From an uncultured bacterium (GTDB lineage: Bacteria; Omnitrophota; Omnitrophia; Omnitrophales; Abzuiibacteriaceae): 64,000 nucleotides of DNA. The position numbers and the translations under genes were made by a program. Below, piece by piece: positions 37,901 to 47,426 of this stretch. The notes under the pieces are model-generated. The model was not told the origin of the DNA, did no database searches, and was given only the letters and a program-made list of their open reading frames with translations. The stretch's first letter is position 1, and every line of letters starts with the position of its first letter. The DNA lies in contig CAYLXA010000010.1 of NCBI GenBank assembly GCA_964387845.1, positions 32,001 through 96,000 on the forward strand, written 5' to 3'.

Positions 37901-40167
37901 TCATCCAGAATCGATCCGTTGGTTGAAGTAACCGACACATCCCCGTTTCCGGCATCCACAGCCCGGACTGTAATATTGCCGCGGCCTGAAATGGCAATAT
38001 CGCCATCGTTCGTTATGACAGATGAGTTATTCGCCATCGAGAAATTGCCGCTCGAATCATTATCGCTGTTGGCCGTCAGTGTAATATTTCCGCCTCCTGT
38101 ACTCTGAACGATGGTATTTGAGGAAATCGAAAGATTGTTGCCTGCCAGCAAATTAATGCTGCCGGCAACGGATTGCACATCACTGTTGACGTTGAGATTG
38201 TTGAATGCGTTCGCGGTGACGCCGCCGTTGCCCTGGACCAGTCCGGCTAATGTAATATTGTTAAAACTGGTAGACGCTCCGGTTCCGATCGTGATTTGAC
38301 TATTCGCGCCGGTTGCAGATACATTGCGAATTGTGGTATTACCGGAACCGTAAATTTCAACATCGCCGCCGGCCAAAATTCCGGAATTGTTCGCCATAGT
38401 GAATGTTCCGCTTCCGTCATTGTTTGCATCCGCGTTCAGCAAAACATTTCCGTTGGTGGATTCAATTTCATAAGCAACGCTTCCGTTGGAATTGTTGCTG
38501 ATTGAAATTCCGTCATTGGCCATGACTGTAATCCCGGCTGCAGCTGATAAATAAGGAACCGTGAGATTTCCGCCGTTAATGGTCACGCTGTCGAAAGCCC
38601 GGTTAGTTCCGACCCGGATTTGTCCGTTTGTCGAGCGCACTTCGCGTAAAGTTGCAGAAGCTGCGGATGACCCGTCAATGGTGATATCACCAAACGCCAA
38701 AAGCTTCGAACCATTGTTCATCGTAAAAACGCCGTCATCGTTTGTATTGTTCGCATCGGTGATAACGGTAATAGTTCCGCCAGTTGACTGGATTGTGACG
38801 TTGTTATTAATGATGATGCCGCCGGCTGAGGTAAGCAAAATGTCGCCAGCAATAATTTGATTGGTAGAGATGGTAATATTTGCGTCCGGATCAAAAATAA
38901 CGAGCCCGCCCGTGAAGCCATCCGCCACAACTTGCAGAACGGTACCGCCGACATGTAAATCGCCGCCGAAAGCCGACAGGTCGAGCGTCCCGCCGTTTCC
39001 GGTAATACCGCCCGAGATATCAATCAAAGCATCCTGCTGAAAATCAGTACTGCCATAAAGGGAATTGATATAGATATTGCCGCCTTGCGACAATTCGCCG
39101 ATTCCGCGGGATGAAACGAGAGAGCCGGAAAGTAAATAAGTTCCGTACAGTGAAACAATATCAATGTTGCCGGCCGTGCCGTAATCCAACGCATTGGCTG
39201 AAATAATTCCAGAATGCTCAATCGTGTCGGACAAAATATTGATTGAGCCTCCGTTCGGATTTTCTACCGAACCATCCGCAATAATGCTTCCGGAATTCAC
39301 AATCGCACCGTTGGCAACCAATTCGATAACGCCATTTTGATTTACAACGCTCGTTGCTTCAATGATGCCGGTGTTGTTTACAAGATAAGTAAAAAGATCA
39401 TTAACTGCCTCAGCTTGTAAAATAATTTTTCCGCCGTTTGCGCGAATCACGCCGGAATTCAGAATCGCATCTTCGGCATCGGTAATGGTAGAAGCCAGCT
39501 GCTCATCGACAACCAGATTGATCAAGCCCTGCGGATCAAACGTGAGCGTCAGTTTTTCGCCGCTTGCCATGACAATGGAACCAAGGTCCGCAATCACGCT
39601 GCCGGAATTAGCGACCGATCCGCCCAAAAGCACCACAAAACCGCCCGGTTGAGCCGTGATGGTTCCTTGATTGACCACACTGCCCGCCTGCGAACCGTTT
39701 TCAAAAATTAAACTGCCGGCCAGAAAATTTGAATTTGAAAGCGTGAGACTTGATGCAATAAAACCCGCAACATTGATGCTGGCGCCTGCGCCGATATGAA
39801 TGCCCGCCGGATTGACGAGAAAAACATAACCGTTTGAGAAAATGGAGCCAAAAATATTGGACGTCGCTCCGCTGATATCATTATTGAGGATAGAACCGCC
39901 CGCAATGGAGAAAAGAAATGAAAATGTTTGCCCGATGTCGATATTAAAACCGTTCCAATTGAGAATCGTGCCGTCCTGAACGTCCGTAAAAGAATATCCG
40001 GAACCGGTATCCGTGCAGCCGCCGTATCCACCGGTTACAACCGTAACGCCGTCGCAAGCAAAGGCAGAAAAAACCTGAAGGAAAACAAACAGGAAAATAG
40101 CGAGAAACGCAACGGGCTTGGAGCGCTTTCGTATTGTAATCAGCTTTCCTTGTCTCGGAAAATCCAT
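34969..40167 (-). CDS. Two-partner-secretion exoprotein TpsA (filamentous-haemagglutinin family) with an N-terminal TPS domain and a long beta-helical repeat region
   Basis: TPS domain: ...GTILNWNGFNIDIGQTFSFLF...NIFGSIFSNGYVFLVNPAGIHIG...FENGSQAGSVVNQGTIT. Start assigned to the ATG at 40167 (MDFPRQG...signal peptide, AGGAAAGAG RBS). The upstream ORF-track extension is the 5' leader. Confidence 0.85.
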   Translation of the reverse strand: MDFPRQGKLITIRKRSKPVAFLAIFLFVFLQVFSAFACDGVTVVTGGYGGCTDTGSGYSFTDVQDGTILNWNGFNIDIGQTFSFLFSIAGGSILNNDISGATSNIFGSIFSNGYVFLVNPAGIHIGAGASINVAGFIASSLTLSNSNFLAGSLIFENGSQAGSVVNQGTITAQPGGFVVLLGGSVANSGSVIADLGSIVMASGEKLTLTFDPQGLINLVVDEQLASTITDAEDAILNSGVIRANGGKIILQAEAVNDLFTYLVNNTGIIEATSVVNQNGVIELVANGAIVNSGSIIADGSVENPNGGSINILSDTIEHSGIISANALDYGTAGNIDIVSLYGTYLLSGSLVSSRGIGELSQGGNIYINSLYGSTDFQQDALIDISGGITGNGGTLDLSAFGGDLHVGGTVLQVVADGFTGGLVIFDPDANITISTNQIIAGDILLTSAGGIIINNNVTIQSTGGTITVITDANNTNDDGVFTMNNGSKLLAFGDITIDGSSAASATLREVRSTNGQIRVGTNRAFDSVTINGGNLTVPYLSAAAGITVMANDGISISNNSNGSVAYEIESTNGNVLLNADANNDGSGTFTMANNSGILAGGDVEIYGSGNTTIRNVSATGANSQITIGTGASTSFNNITLAGLVQGNGGVTANAFNNLNVNSDVQSVAGSINLLAGNNLSISSNTIVQSTGGGNITLTANSDNDSSGNFSMANNSSVITNDGDIAISGRGNITVRAVDAGNGDVSVTSTNGSILDDNDDATRITGDEVTLNAAVDIGQTTGNRDIDLSANSLNAAAANGRIIVTNDQALTVNNASAVNDSIIITAAGDLTVVNASATGTGTNNIDLTATTGNVTLGTVNAENTVTVNANAGHILDDGNQATAVSASTVNMTASSNIGSSAANGDVDITSTTNVGALTSSGNGDIFARIAGGGATLTGADFVTAGSVTVTTEGASSITGATGYTNFSMTTTSGDLEVGTVSATNAVTLAASNGDVTDTNADSSVTGTTVNLAAGGADGDVGTSTRRIMTTAGTLNLTGAGTGDIFVTESNGATVGATTGSGNIDVRTTTGDLTLGTISTTGNVTLTALAGDLLGGVASSVAGVIVNLIAGGADGDVGQSGAAINTTATTLNITGTGTGEINVTESNGATVGATTGSGDINVTSTTGDLNLGTITTAGNIGLTALAGNLVDATSNLSGNVITLVGNAIGTLAARINTTAATLNATANAGGIFLRESNGATLNNMNSSAANGTIDVVSTLGNLTIGTINAGLGDVVLSAAAGNLVDDANNATRITGGLITLIGDAVGTLANKINTAAATLSITANNGGIFIDELDAVTIQGLDSSAANGDININSATGDMVLGDAALQSINAGNGDVTLTASGGNIVDDFVQSTRINANSLSLTALGNIGSALANGDIDFNVNSFVAQSTANGNIAMNSLNGMNFTGANFLTNGSVTATAGGASSATGINGYSDFSLTTTAGDITVGSVNTTNSASFTAQAGNVFDDGNIGTVITSSNIEFFGNSVGTLLNKMNTAANTINAISQTGGIFIMEADGATINANSSVANGDICVITPTGDLILGTINAGNGSVMIEATTGNVLDGNGAANNITAGSDSSITAGGTIGVTGDGIDVDINNGAVLTTIAGGQDGGGTSISIDGDINGELVNPNTDLNFDLGGPNEPSGNVFFNGNLLFPNIPPVPPVFSGFAGLGIDVSQLLSPLFPQWSTRRQPALFS

Positions 40168-40185
40168 TAACACTCTTTCCTCTTG

Positions 40186-40215
40186 GATTTCCCTGAGTTC
40201 GGAAGCTGACTGCCA
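40186..40215 (-). promoter_or_regulatory. Conserved 5'-leader element of tpsA (TCAGCTTCCGAACTCAGGGAAATCC on the mRNA), copy 1
   Basis: Near-identical to 45449-45477 upstream of the second tpsA. It lies 20-50 nt upstream of the start codon. Confidence 0.45.
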
Positions 40216-40490
40216 TGACGGTTGCAACCGTTTTAGGCTCTTGAGTTTTGCCTCATTCTACGCTCAGTCGCTTACGCGCTGGGCTTCGAAGAGCTCTACG
40301 AAGCCAAGCCGCGAAGGACTTGGCGAAGTAGAGGCCTTACTCTTTCGAGTAATTTGCCTCCGCCATACAGCGTAGCGGATCCGCCACGCTTTGTGGCGGA
40401 CTTTCGTTCAGAGATAAGATGATAAAACTAAAAAAAATTTTACCATATTGAGAAGATATTGCAAAAATTAAGATAAAAAACAGATAAAAC

Positions 40491-42194
40491 TTACCGCTTT
40501 GAATCAGTTAAGGCGGATTTTAATTCAGATTGGGCTTTTAAGCATTTGTCGCCCACGCAAGACGGCCAAACAGGCCTATCCGATCGCGAAAGGCTTAAAT
40601 GATCAAGGTAAAATGTTCCCAATTTCGGGTTTGTACTTCTTTCTAACTTCAAAGTAAACTCGGGCGATTCGCCGGGCTGCAGCTCTCCTGAAACCGGTAC
40701 CTCATAAAGCTGCCATGCAGTGGCAACATTTTTCGCAATCACAGGATGAGCGACCAGCGTTGCGCCCCTCCATTCAACTTTTAATTCCTTCGGGAAAGGC
40801 TGGGATGATCCCTTTAAATAGAACTTTAAGGTTTTGAAATCATTCGGATCAATGGCCGCAATTTCAAAAGTTTTCGGATTGATGCTGACCGTTACTTGGC
40901 AAACCGGTTTCTGTTTCGACTCAAGGTCGTAATCAATTTTTAAAGATTTTCCCCGAGGATCATTAAGCGCATCGCCACGGCTGAAAGCATAAGAGCATTC
41001 GCCATATGACTTAACCGAATAAAACTCGCTTGGCCGGCTGTTCGAAATCTTCTGAGGAGAAATGTTTTGATTAAAATCAGCCAAAACGAAATCTTCTATT
41101 AATTCGCAAGTTTGCGAACAATCTCCGGCAAATTCAGCCCGGTATTGACAAATCTCGTCGCCAATACCCAAACATTCATCTTGGTACAAACACTCTGTTC
41201 CGTCATCGCAAAACGAGCCGTTGTCGCATTCTTCCCCTTCATCTTCCACATTATCGCCGCAGCAAGATGGCTGCCCGGACGGATCGCAATCGCTGCAATC
41301 GGGCAAGCAAGTTTGTGCACAAATATAACCCTCACTGCTTGCGCAACCGATATCTCCGTTCACATCGCAAACTTCATCTCCGGTGATTTGACCATCTCCG
41401 CAGAAATTGGACGTCACACATTCACAGCCCGCACATACGTCCCCGCCTGTGCAATCACCGTCGGCTTCACATTCTTCACCCGGATCGACAATTCCGTTTC
41501 CGCAAATTCCCGTCGGAACACAGCTTCCTGACGGATTGCATGCTTGGTTAGGACCGCATTGAATGCAAATCGGATTTGCGCCGCATTGAGTGGCAGTATT
41601 TGTACACCCAAAACTTTCATTGCAAATATCTTCCGTACACGAAATCCCGTCATCACAAAGCGTATGATTCGGCGCATATTGGCATCCGTTCACCGGGTCG
41701 CAGGAATCTACCGTGCAGGCAAATGTGTCATCACAATCGAGAGGCATGCCTGCGGTGCAGGTACCGGCCTGGCAGGCTTCATCACCGTTGCAAACCGTGC
41801 CGTCGGCGCAGGAAGTGCCGTTTGAAACGGGCGCATGCGTACAGTTACCAGCGTTACACGCATCCGTTGTGCATGGATTGTTGTCATCACAGCCACCGGG
41901 ACATGGCGCGGCGCATACGTTCGCCCAAAATTGAATATCGAGCCCGTTAACGGCGCCGTCTACATTTAGATCGGCTGAACAAAATTCTTGCGGTGACGGA
42001 GGCGGCGGAAACCCGAGTAAAATGTTGATGAAAAGATTGAAATCGTCCTGGCCTTCGGCGGGTTCGATTGTGCCGTCATTATCGATATCGCAGAGTGTGC
42101 AAGCGACGCCGGCATGAGCAGGAAGAGAGCATGAAAATAGAACTGTAAAGAAAAACGTGGAAATGATTAAAAGAAGCTTAGACTTGCGAATCAC
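40491..42194 (-). CDS. Secreted cysteine-rich repeat protein (Myxococcus-type CGDG..GEECD repeats; dockerin/EF-hand-like DxDxDG segment) encoded between the two tpsA genes
   Basis: Signal peptide, DIDNDGTIEPAEGQDDF, and repeats CGNGIVDPGEECEADGDC, CGDGQITGDEVCDVNGD and CCGDNVEDEGEECDNGSFCDDG. There is a C-terminal non-Cys domain of about 200 aa. Confidence 0.75.
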   Translation of the reverse strand: MIRKSKLLLIISTFFFTVLFSCSLPAHAGVACTLCDIDNDGTIEPAEGQDDFNLFINILLGFPPPPSPQEFCSADLNVDGAVNGLDIQFWANVCAAPCPGGCDDNNPCTTDACNAGNCTHAPVSNGTSCADGTVCNGDEACQAGTCTAGMPLDCDDTFACTVDSCDPVNGCQYAPNHTLCDDGISCTEDICNESFGCTNTATQCGANPICIQCGPNQACNPSGSCVPTGICGNGIVDPGEECEADGDCTGGDVCAGCECVTSNFCGDGQITGDEVCDVNGDIGCASSEGYICAQTCLPDCSDCDPSGQPSCCGDNVEDEGEECDNGSFCDDGTECLYQDECLGIGDEICQYRAEFAGDCSQTCELIEDFVLADFNQNISPQKISNSRPSEFYSVKSYGECSYAFSRGDALNDPRGKSLKIDYDLESKQKPVCQVTVSINPKTFEIAAIDPNDFKTLKFYLKGSSQPFPKELKVEWRGATLVAHPVIAKNVATAWQLYEVPVSGELQPGESPEFTLKLERSTNPKLGTFYLDHLSLSRSDRPVWPSCVGDKCLKAQSELKSALTDSKR

Positions 42195-42464
42195 TACTGT
42201 GAGATTTCCCTTCAGAAATGACGTTAAGCGGTATTATAGCTAAAATATTAAGCAATTTCAAATGATTTTAGCTATTTGTGTGAGTTTAGGTGTTGATTAG
42301 TATTGGATTTCATCTAAAAAGTGAGGGGGGATTAACCAACGAAGAGAAACTTGATGCCCTGCTTACAATCAGCGCTCGGGTTGATACGGGCGGCAAAGAT
42401 AATACTTTGCGCGCCCGAATCTCCTGAGTTCCTATTCTTTTTTCAAACCAGTCTCTCAAATTAA

Positions 42465-45425
42465 TTAGAAGATTCCGAGAGACGGGCCGTGTCCTTGCTG
42501 TCCTGTTGCGGGCAAAACAAACAAAGCATTCAACAGATCAGTTGGTGTAATACCCGCCGCTAATAATTGAGCTAACGTTGTAAGGCCGCCTGTAGCGGTT
42601 GTAGTCACAACAACTGCATCGATCGGGAAAAGCTTAATACCGTTGAAGAAAACGGTTCCGGGAGGCGTTGTCAAGACATCCGGATCGCCAAAATTAAGAT
42701 TGGCACTAGGGTCTTCAACTTCGCCATTGATAACACCTTCTAAATTAATCGAGGTATCATCAGCATCCGTACCGCCTGCGCGGACAGTTAGCGTTGCGTC
42801 ATTTGTAATGTTGACATCGATTCCGTCAGCGGTAACGCCGATTGTACCGGCGGCTTCTAAGGTCGAATCCGCTCCAGCTACCACATTAACCGCAGCTCCA
42901 TTTGCATCCAAAATACTGCCGGTTAACGCATTGATAAATACCGAACCCGCCGTAGAAATCAAGCCAAGCAGCCAGTCACCGGTTGTAGATGTAACATTGA
43001 TGTTGCCGGAATCTGTTATTGCATTCAGGTTCGCTCCATCTGCCTCTACGATATTGACTTCACCGGTTCCAGTACCTGTAATGTTGAGCGTATCGGCTGT
43101 CGTGTTAATAGCAGCGCCAGCCTGTCCGACATCTCCATCCGCACCACCTGCAATTAAATTCACGATAGTACCCGTCACACTCGAAGCAACACCGCCCAAA
43201 AGGTCGCCTGCAAGCGCCATAAGCGTAACATTGCCCGTTGCCGCAATTGTGCCTAACGTCCAATCACCTGTTGTGGTAGTGGCATTAATATCGTTTGCAG
43301 CTGTTGCATCCAATATCGCACCATTCGATTCCGTAACAAAGATTGATCCCAATGTTGAAACAAGGTTCAAAGTGCTAGCCATTGTATTAATCATCAAATC
43401 GCCTAGCCCCCCAACATTTCCATTTGCTGTCAGAATCACGGTGCTGGCTGAGATCAAAGACCCTGCGGTGCCTAAAATGCTGCCGCCGAAGGCATTCAAT
43501 TCAATATGATTGGCCAACGCATAACCGATCAGCAAATCACCGGTAATAACATTGCCCAAGATGCTGCCGGGAGCTTCTGCATTCAAGATAACGCTGTCTA
43601 ATTCATTAAAGATGATGGAGCCGGTGTTCACTATGAAGTAAAGCACATCGGCAGCCGTATTGATGATTGCATCACCCACGCCGCCGATATCATTGCCGGC
43701 CGATAGAATCACGGTGCTGGCTGAGATCAAAGACCCTGCGGTGCCTAAAATGCTGCCGCCGAAGGCCGCTAACTCAACTGTTCCATTTCCCGCGTTCATT
43801 GTGCCGACGTTAATGTTTCCAGAATTTGACAAGACTCCAATCATTCCATTATTTGAGGACGTATCAATGTTCGTGATAGTCGCGTTATTTGTAGTAATGA
43901 ACACATTGCCGCCGCTCACAATATCGCTACCGGCAGCTTGGACAAAATCTCCTGAGTTGTCGGCATCAACGTCCGTATTGATATTCAGAACACTGCCAGT
44001 GTCCGCTGTAATATCTGCATTGACCGTAACGCCTTCATTTGCCGTAATGGCAACATTGCCAAAAACCTGCAGGTCGCTCAATAATGAAACCCCGCCATCG
44101 GCAAAAATACTGGAGCCATCATTCATAACAAATGAACCTGCGCCGCTGCTATCGGCATCTGCCTGAAACGCTGCGCTTCCGCCTGTCACATTGACACTTG
44201 CACCAGCATTAAAAATAAGGTCGTTATTAGCAAAAAAGTTTTGATCTCCGGCAAAATTATTAACACCGTCAAAAATAATGTCGTCACCGGCGCCTAATTC
44301 AAAATCGCCTCCGCCGGAGCCTGTGCGAGCATGCACATCTGACCGCAGCCCACGGACAGAAATTGACCCGTTGTCTAAATAGATGTTATTCGCAAAAATT
44401 CCGCCATAACCGGCAAGCCCGCCTTCCAAGGCATCTGCCAGAATACTGCCGGAATGCGCAACAGTTTGCCCTTCAATGCGGAGATAGCCAGCATCTGCAT
44501 TTTCAACGCTGCCGCTCACATTCAAAACTCCCGAATTATGAACAGCGCCACCATTACCAATAAGCTCGATCACACCGTTTCTAACAACCACGCTGACGGC
44601 TTCGATAATGCCTGTGTTATTGACAAGCTGAGTAAAAATATTTCCCACAGTCTCGGCCCGCAACAGGACTTTTCCGCCATCGGCTTTAATGAGACCTGCG
44701 TTAGCAACCGCGACTTCGCTTTCATTATTAATGGTTGAAACAAGCGCTTCAGGAATAGAGAGATTGATGAGGCCGTTCGGATCAAATGTAATCGTCGCAG
44801 TTTCACCGCTGGCAAGAACCACAGACCCTAATTCAGCGACAATGCTTCCCATATTGGCTACGGAGCTGCCCAAGAGGACAACAAAACCGCCCGGCTGAGC
44901 CACAATATGGCCTTCATTAATAACACTTCCGGCTTGAGAACCATTTTCGAAGGTGTAATTTCCGGAGAGGAAGTTTGCTGTAGAAATACTAAGTGTTGAG
45001 GCAACCAGGCCGGCCACATCGATATTGGCCATTGACCCTATGTTAATGCCGGCTGGATTAACGATAAATACAAAGCCGTTTGAGAATAAATTTCCGAATA
45101 TATTGGAAGCTACACCGCCGGTCACGTTATTTAAAACCGAACCGCCGGCAATATTAAACCAAAAGTTAAAGGTTTGTCCCAAATCAATATTGAATTGATC
45201 CCAATTAAAAACCGTTCCATCTTGAAGCCCGTTAAATGTACAACCCGAAGCATCGCAGCTATAGCTATCATAACCACCCGCTTCAACCTCCGGCGGCACA
45301 ACATCGTCCGCATACAAAGGAATTACTTGAAAACAAAAAAGGGCAAATGAAAGGACAAGGGAAAGAACTTTGAAATATTTGGAAACCCGAATGGAGTTAA
45401 GCGTTACAACTTTTGGAAGCTGCAT
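42465..45425 (-). CDS. Two-partner-secretion exoprotein TpsA paralog (TPS domain plus beta-helical repeats)
   Basis: TPS domain: GTVFNWDQFNIDLGQTFNFWF...NIFGNLFSNGFVFIVNPAGINIG...FENGSQAGSVINEGHIV. The C-terminal tail is homologous to the other TpsA (..VFFNG..LFP..). Confidence 0.85.
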   Translation of the reverse strand: MQLPKVVTLNSIRVSKYFKVLSLVLSFALFCFQVIPLYADDVVPPEVEAGGYDSYSCDASGCTFNGLQDGTVFNWDQFNIDLGQTFNFWFNIAGGSVLNNVTGGVASNIFGNLFSNGFVFIVNPAGINIGSMANIDVAGLVASTLSISTANFLSGNYTFENGSQAGSVINEGHIVAQPGGFVVLLGSSVANMGSIVAELGSVVLASGETATITFDPNGLINLSIPEALVSTINNESEVAVANAGLIKADGGKVLLRAETVGNIFTQLVNNTGIIEAVSVVVRNGVIELIGNGGAVHNSGVLNVSGSVENADAGYLRIEGQTVAHSGSILADALEGGLAGYGGIFANNIYLDNGSISVRGLRSDVHARTGSGGGDFELGAGDDIIFDGVNNFAGDQNFFANNDLIFNAGASVNVTGGSAAFQADADSSGAGSFVMNDGSSIFADGGVSLLSDLQVFGNVAITANEGVTVNADITADTGSVLNINTDVDADNSGDFVQAAGSDIVSGGNVFITTNNATITNIDTSSNNGMIGVLSNSGNINVGTMNAGNGTVELAAFGGSILGTAGSLISASTVILSAGNDIGGVGDAIINTAADVLYFIVNTGSIIFNELDSVILNAEAPGSILGNVITGDLLIGYALANHIELNAFGGSILGTAGSLISASTVILTANGNVGGLGDLMINTMASTLNLVSTLGSIFVTESNGAILDATAANDINATTTTGDWTLGTIAATGNVTLMALAGDLLGGVASSVTGTIVNLIAGGADGDVGQAGAAINTTADTLNITGTGTGEVNIVEADGANLNAITDSGNINVTSTTGDWLLGLISTAGSVFINALTGSILDANGAAVNVVAGADSTLEAAGTIGVTADGIDVNITNDATLTVRAGGTDADDTSINLEGVINGEVEDPSANLNFGDPDVLTTPPGTVFFNGIKLFPIDAVVVTTTATGGLTTLAQLLAAGITPTDLLNALFVLPATGQQGHGPSLGIF

Positions 45426-45448
45426 GGAACACCTCTATCTTTAAATTG

Positions 45449-45477
45449 GTTTTCCCTGATTCGGGAGCTGATGATCT
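45449..45477 (-). promoter_or_regulatory. Conserved 5'-leader element of tpsA, copy 2
   Basis: ggttttccctgattcgggagctgatgatc versus ggatttccctgagttcggaagctgactgc at 40186-40215. Confidence 0.45.
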
Positions 45478-45698
45478 GAATGAAAATGAAAATTTCGATT
45501 GCAGACTCTTGAGCTTTGCTTCTCACCTACTTGACATTGATCAATTTGGCAAGCGCCATTTCGTCAGAGATAGGTTGAGCATATCATTTTGAATTATTGT
45601 GTCAACGCTTTTTTCGGTCAATTTTGAACAATATTTGGCTTGCGTGCTAATTTAGGCCGAAAGAGTCCCAAACCGCTCCCGCGGCTAAAAGCTGGAAG

Positions 45699-47426
45699 CT
45701 AATAATTTACCTGAAGACCGAAATGAATACGGCTCGCACTGCCTTCTGATGATTTTCCGCCAACCGGAATACCCCAATCGATACGGCCTTGCAAATTGCG
45801 GGCAATGTTCACTCGAATACCGCCTCCCACGCTCGTCATACGCTGACTTGAATCTTCATTCTCAAACGGATCAATCACAAATGCTTTTCCAAAATCAACA
45901 AACGCAACTCCGCGAACGATATCTCGGATTGCCATTTTTGTGATTGGGCATTTTAAATCTTTGGGAATGAAATACGGAGGAACGCGGACTTCAAGAGAGC
46001 CTTGAAATCCGTAATCGCCGAGATATTCGCCTTCCGGATATCCGCGGACAGTGTCATATCCGCCTATGCGGAATTGTTGAGCCGGTATCAAACGGTGCGG
46101 TGTCAATTGAAAACTGGTTCGGCCAACCGCCTGAATTCCGTTCCAAATATTCTGAAGGCGGCCGATAGAAGCGTTGTATTGCCAAAAATAGCCGTCGGCT
46201 TCACGCCTGCTGGCATTCGGGTCATTGTTATCCAAACCACCCATGAAACCCCCAAAAGCGACTTGGACGTTATTTGAAAAAATGCTCCTGCCCCATCGAT
46301 CGTTTTCAATAAAGTTAGGGCCAAAACGAAAAACACGTAAATCATCTTTGGCAACCGGAATGCCCTGCACTAAAGTTCGAATGCGCTTGTAATCAAAGCC
46401 GGTTGTAAATTCTCCCTGCACATATTTGGAATGGAGAAAAGGCATAATTAACGTGGGTCCGAACACAACCGCGCGGCCGGCAGCCGCCAGCGGTTTTAGA
46501 TCCTTGCCCAACTCAACTTCAACACGGCTAAAGTCAAATGTCAAAATATCGCCGCGCGCATTTAAAGGAACCTGATAACTGCTTGAAACACCGATAAAAT
46601 CTCTCCGCTCCGAAATTTCAACTCTGCTGGACAACTGGTCATCAAATCCCAGCAAATTTGTCGCAGTGGCCGTTGCAGATTGCCGAAAACGCCCGGTCGA
46701 AACCGTTCCTAAATTATTAAAACCATATCCGGCGTGAAACGGAAACTTTTCTTCTACTTTGAGAATAATATCCGTTGTTTCGGGCTTTTCTCCCGGCTCC
46801 AGCACAACCCGCACAATTCTGTCCGGATTTGCATTTAGTGCCGTCAAATATCTTTCAAGATTTTGATAGCGTAAAATGTCGCCTTCACGAACATTAAAAC
46901 GCCTTCTGACCAAACTCTCACGCGTGTATTTAAGGCCTTCGATTTTAATCAAACCGACTTTTGCTTCATGAATTTGAATGCGCACTTGCCCGTCTTCGAG
47001 TTTTTGCGGCGGAACAATCGCTCGAGTCGTGACATAGCCGCGAGTGCGGTAATGGGCCGTAATGTCTAAAGCAAGCTCTTTTAATTTTTGAAGATTGGTT
47101 GATTGATTTTCATAGGGACGCTTAAACTCATCGATAACGTCTTGAGGGAAAACGGTTCCGCCATCAACGCGGATAGACGTAATCGGAAATTCGGTATCCG
47201 GAAGGCCGGCCCCTTCTTCTTCAACGTATTTATTCTCAATTTCGGGCAGCGCAATTTCTTCCAAACGCTTGTACTGCGGCTGTTCGCGGAATTTTTCAGC
47301 AAGCACGCCCGCCTGTTCCGAAGCCGGAACAGATTCATCGGCAGCATAAACAGAGGTTGTTAGAACACCAAGAAGAAGAAAATAAAATATTGCAAATTTA
47401 ATTAATGAATTTCCGCGGGCTGACAC
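45699..47426 (-). CDS. TpsB outer-membrane transporter (ShlB/FhaC/HecB family: POTRA plus 16-strand barrel)
   Basis: Signal peptide, POTRA-like region (ITSIRVDGGTVFPQDVIDEF...) and a C-terminal beta-barrel with alternating hydrophobic residues. It sits adjacent to the tpsA genes. Confidence 0.8.
   Translation of the reverse strand: MSARGNSLIKFAIFYFLLLGVLTTSVYAADESVPASEQAGVLAEKFREQPQYKRLEEIALPEIENKYVEEEGAGLPDTEFPITSIRVDGGTVFPQDVIDEFKRPYENQSTNLQKLKELALDITAHYRTRGYVTTRAIVPPQKLEDGQVRIQIHEAKVGLIKIEGLKYTRESLVRRRFNVREGDILRYQNLERYLTALNANPDRIVRVVLEPGEKPETTDIILKVEEKFPFHAGYGFNNLGTVSTGRFRQSATATATNLLGFDDQLSSRVEISERRDFIGVSSSYQVPLNARGDILTFDFSRVEVELGKDLKPLAAAGRAVVFGPTLIMPFLHSKYVQGEFTTGFDYKRIRTLVQGIPVAKDDLRVFRFGPNFIENDRWGRSIFSNNVQVAFGGFMGGLDNNDPNASRREADGYFWQYNASIGRLQNIWNGIQAVGRTSFQLTPHRLIPAQQFRIGGYDTVRGYPEGEYLGDYGFQGSLEVRVPPYFIPKDLKCPITKMAIRDIVRGVAFVDFGKAFVIDPFENEDSSQRMTSVGGGIRVNIARNLQGRIDWGIPVGGKSSEGSASRIHFGLQVNY

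Noticed and set aside
35090-38860. Numerous plus-strand ORFs (up to 224 aa; A/V/P/S-rich) inside tpsA2. A similar set lies at 42643..44166 inside tpsA1.
   Set aside because: They are antisense to highly repetitive G/N/T/A-rich beta-helix coding sequence whose complement is naturally stop-poor. They have no RBS, no start context and no recognisable domains.
40168-40227. The N-terminal 20-codon extension of tpsA2 (MQPSWQSASELREIQEERVL), which also contains an SELR.
   Set aside because: The segment is the conserved 5' leader also found upstream of tpsA1. The signal peptide and a good RBS begin at the ATG at 40167. The SELR here is judged coincidental.
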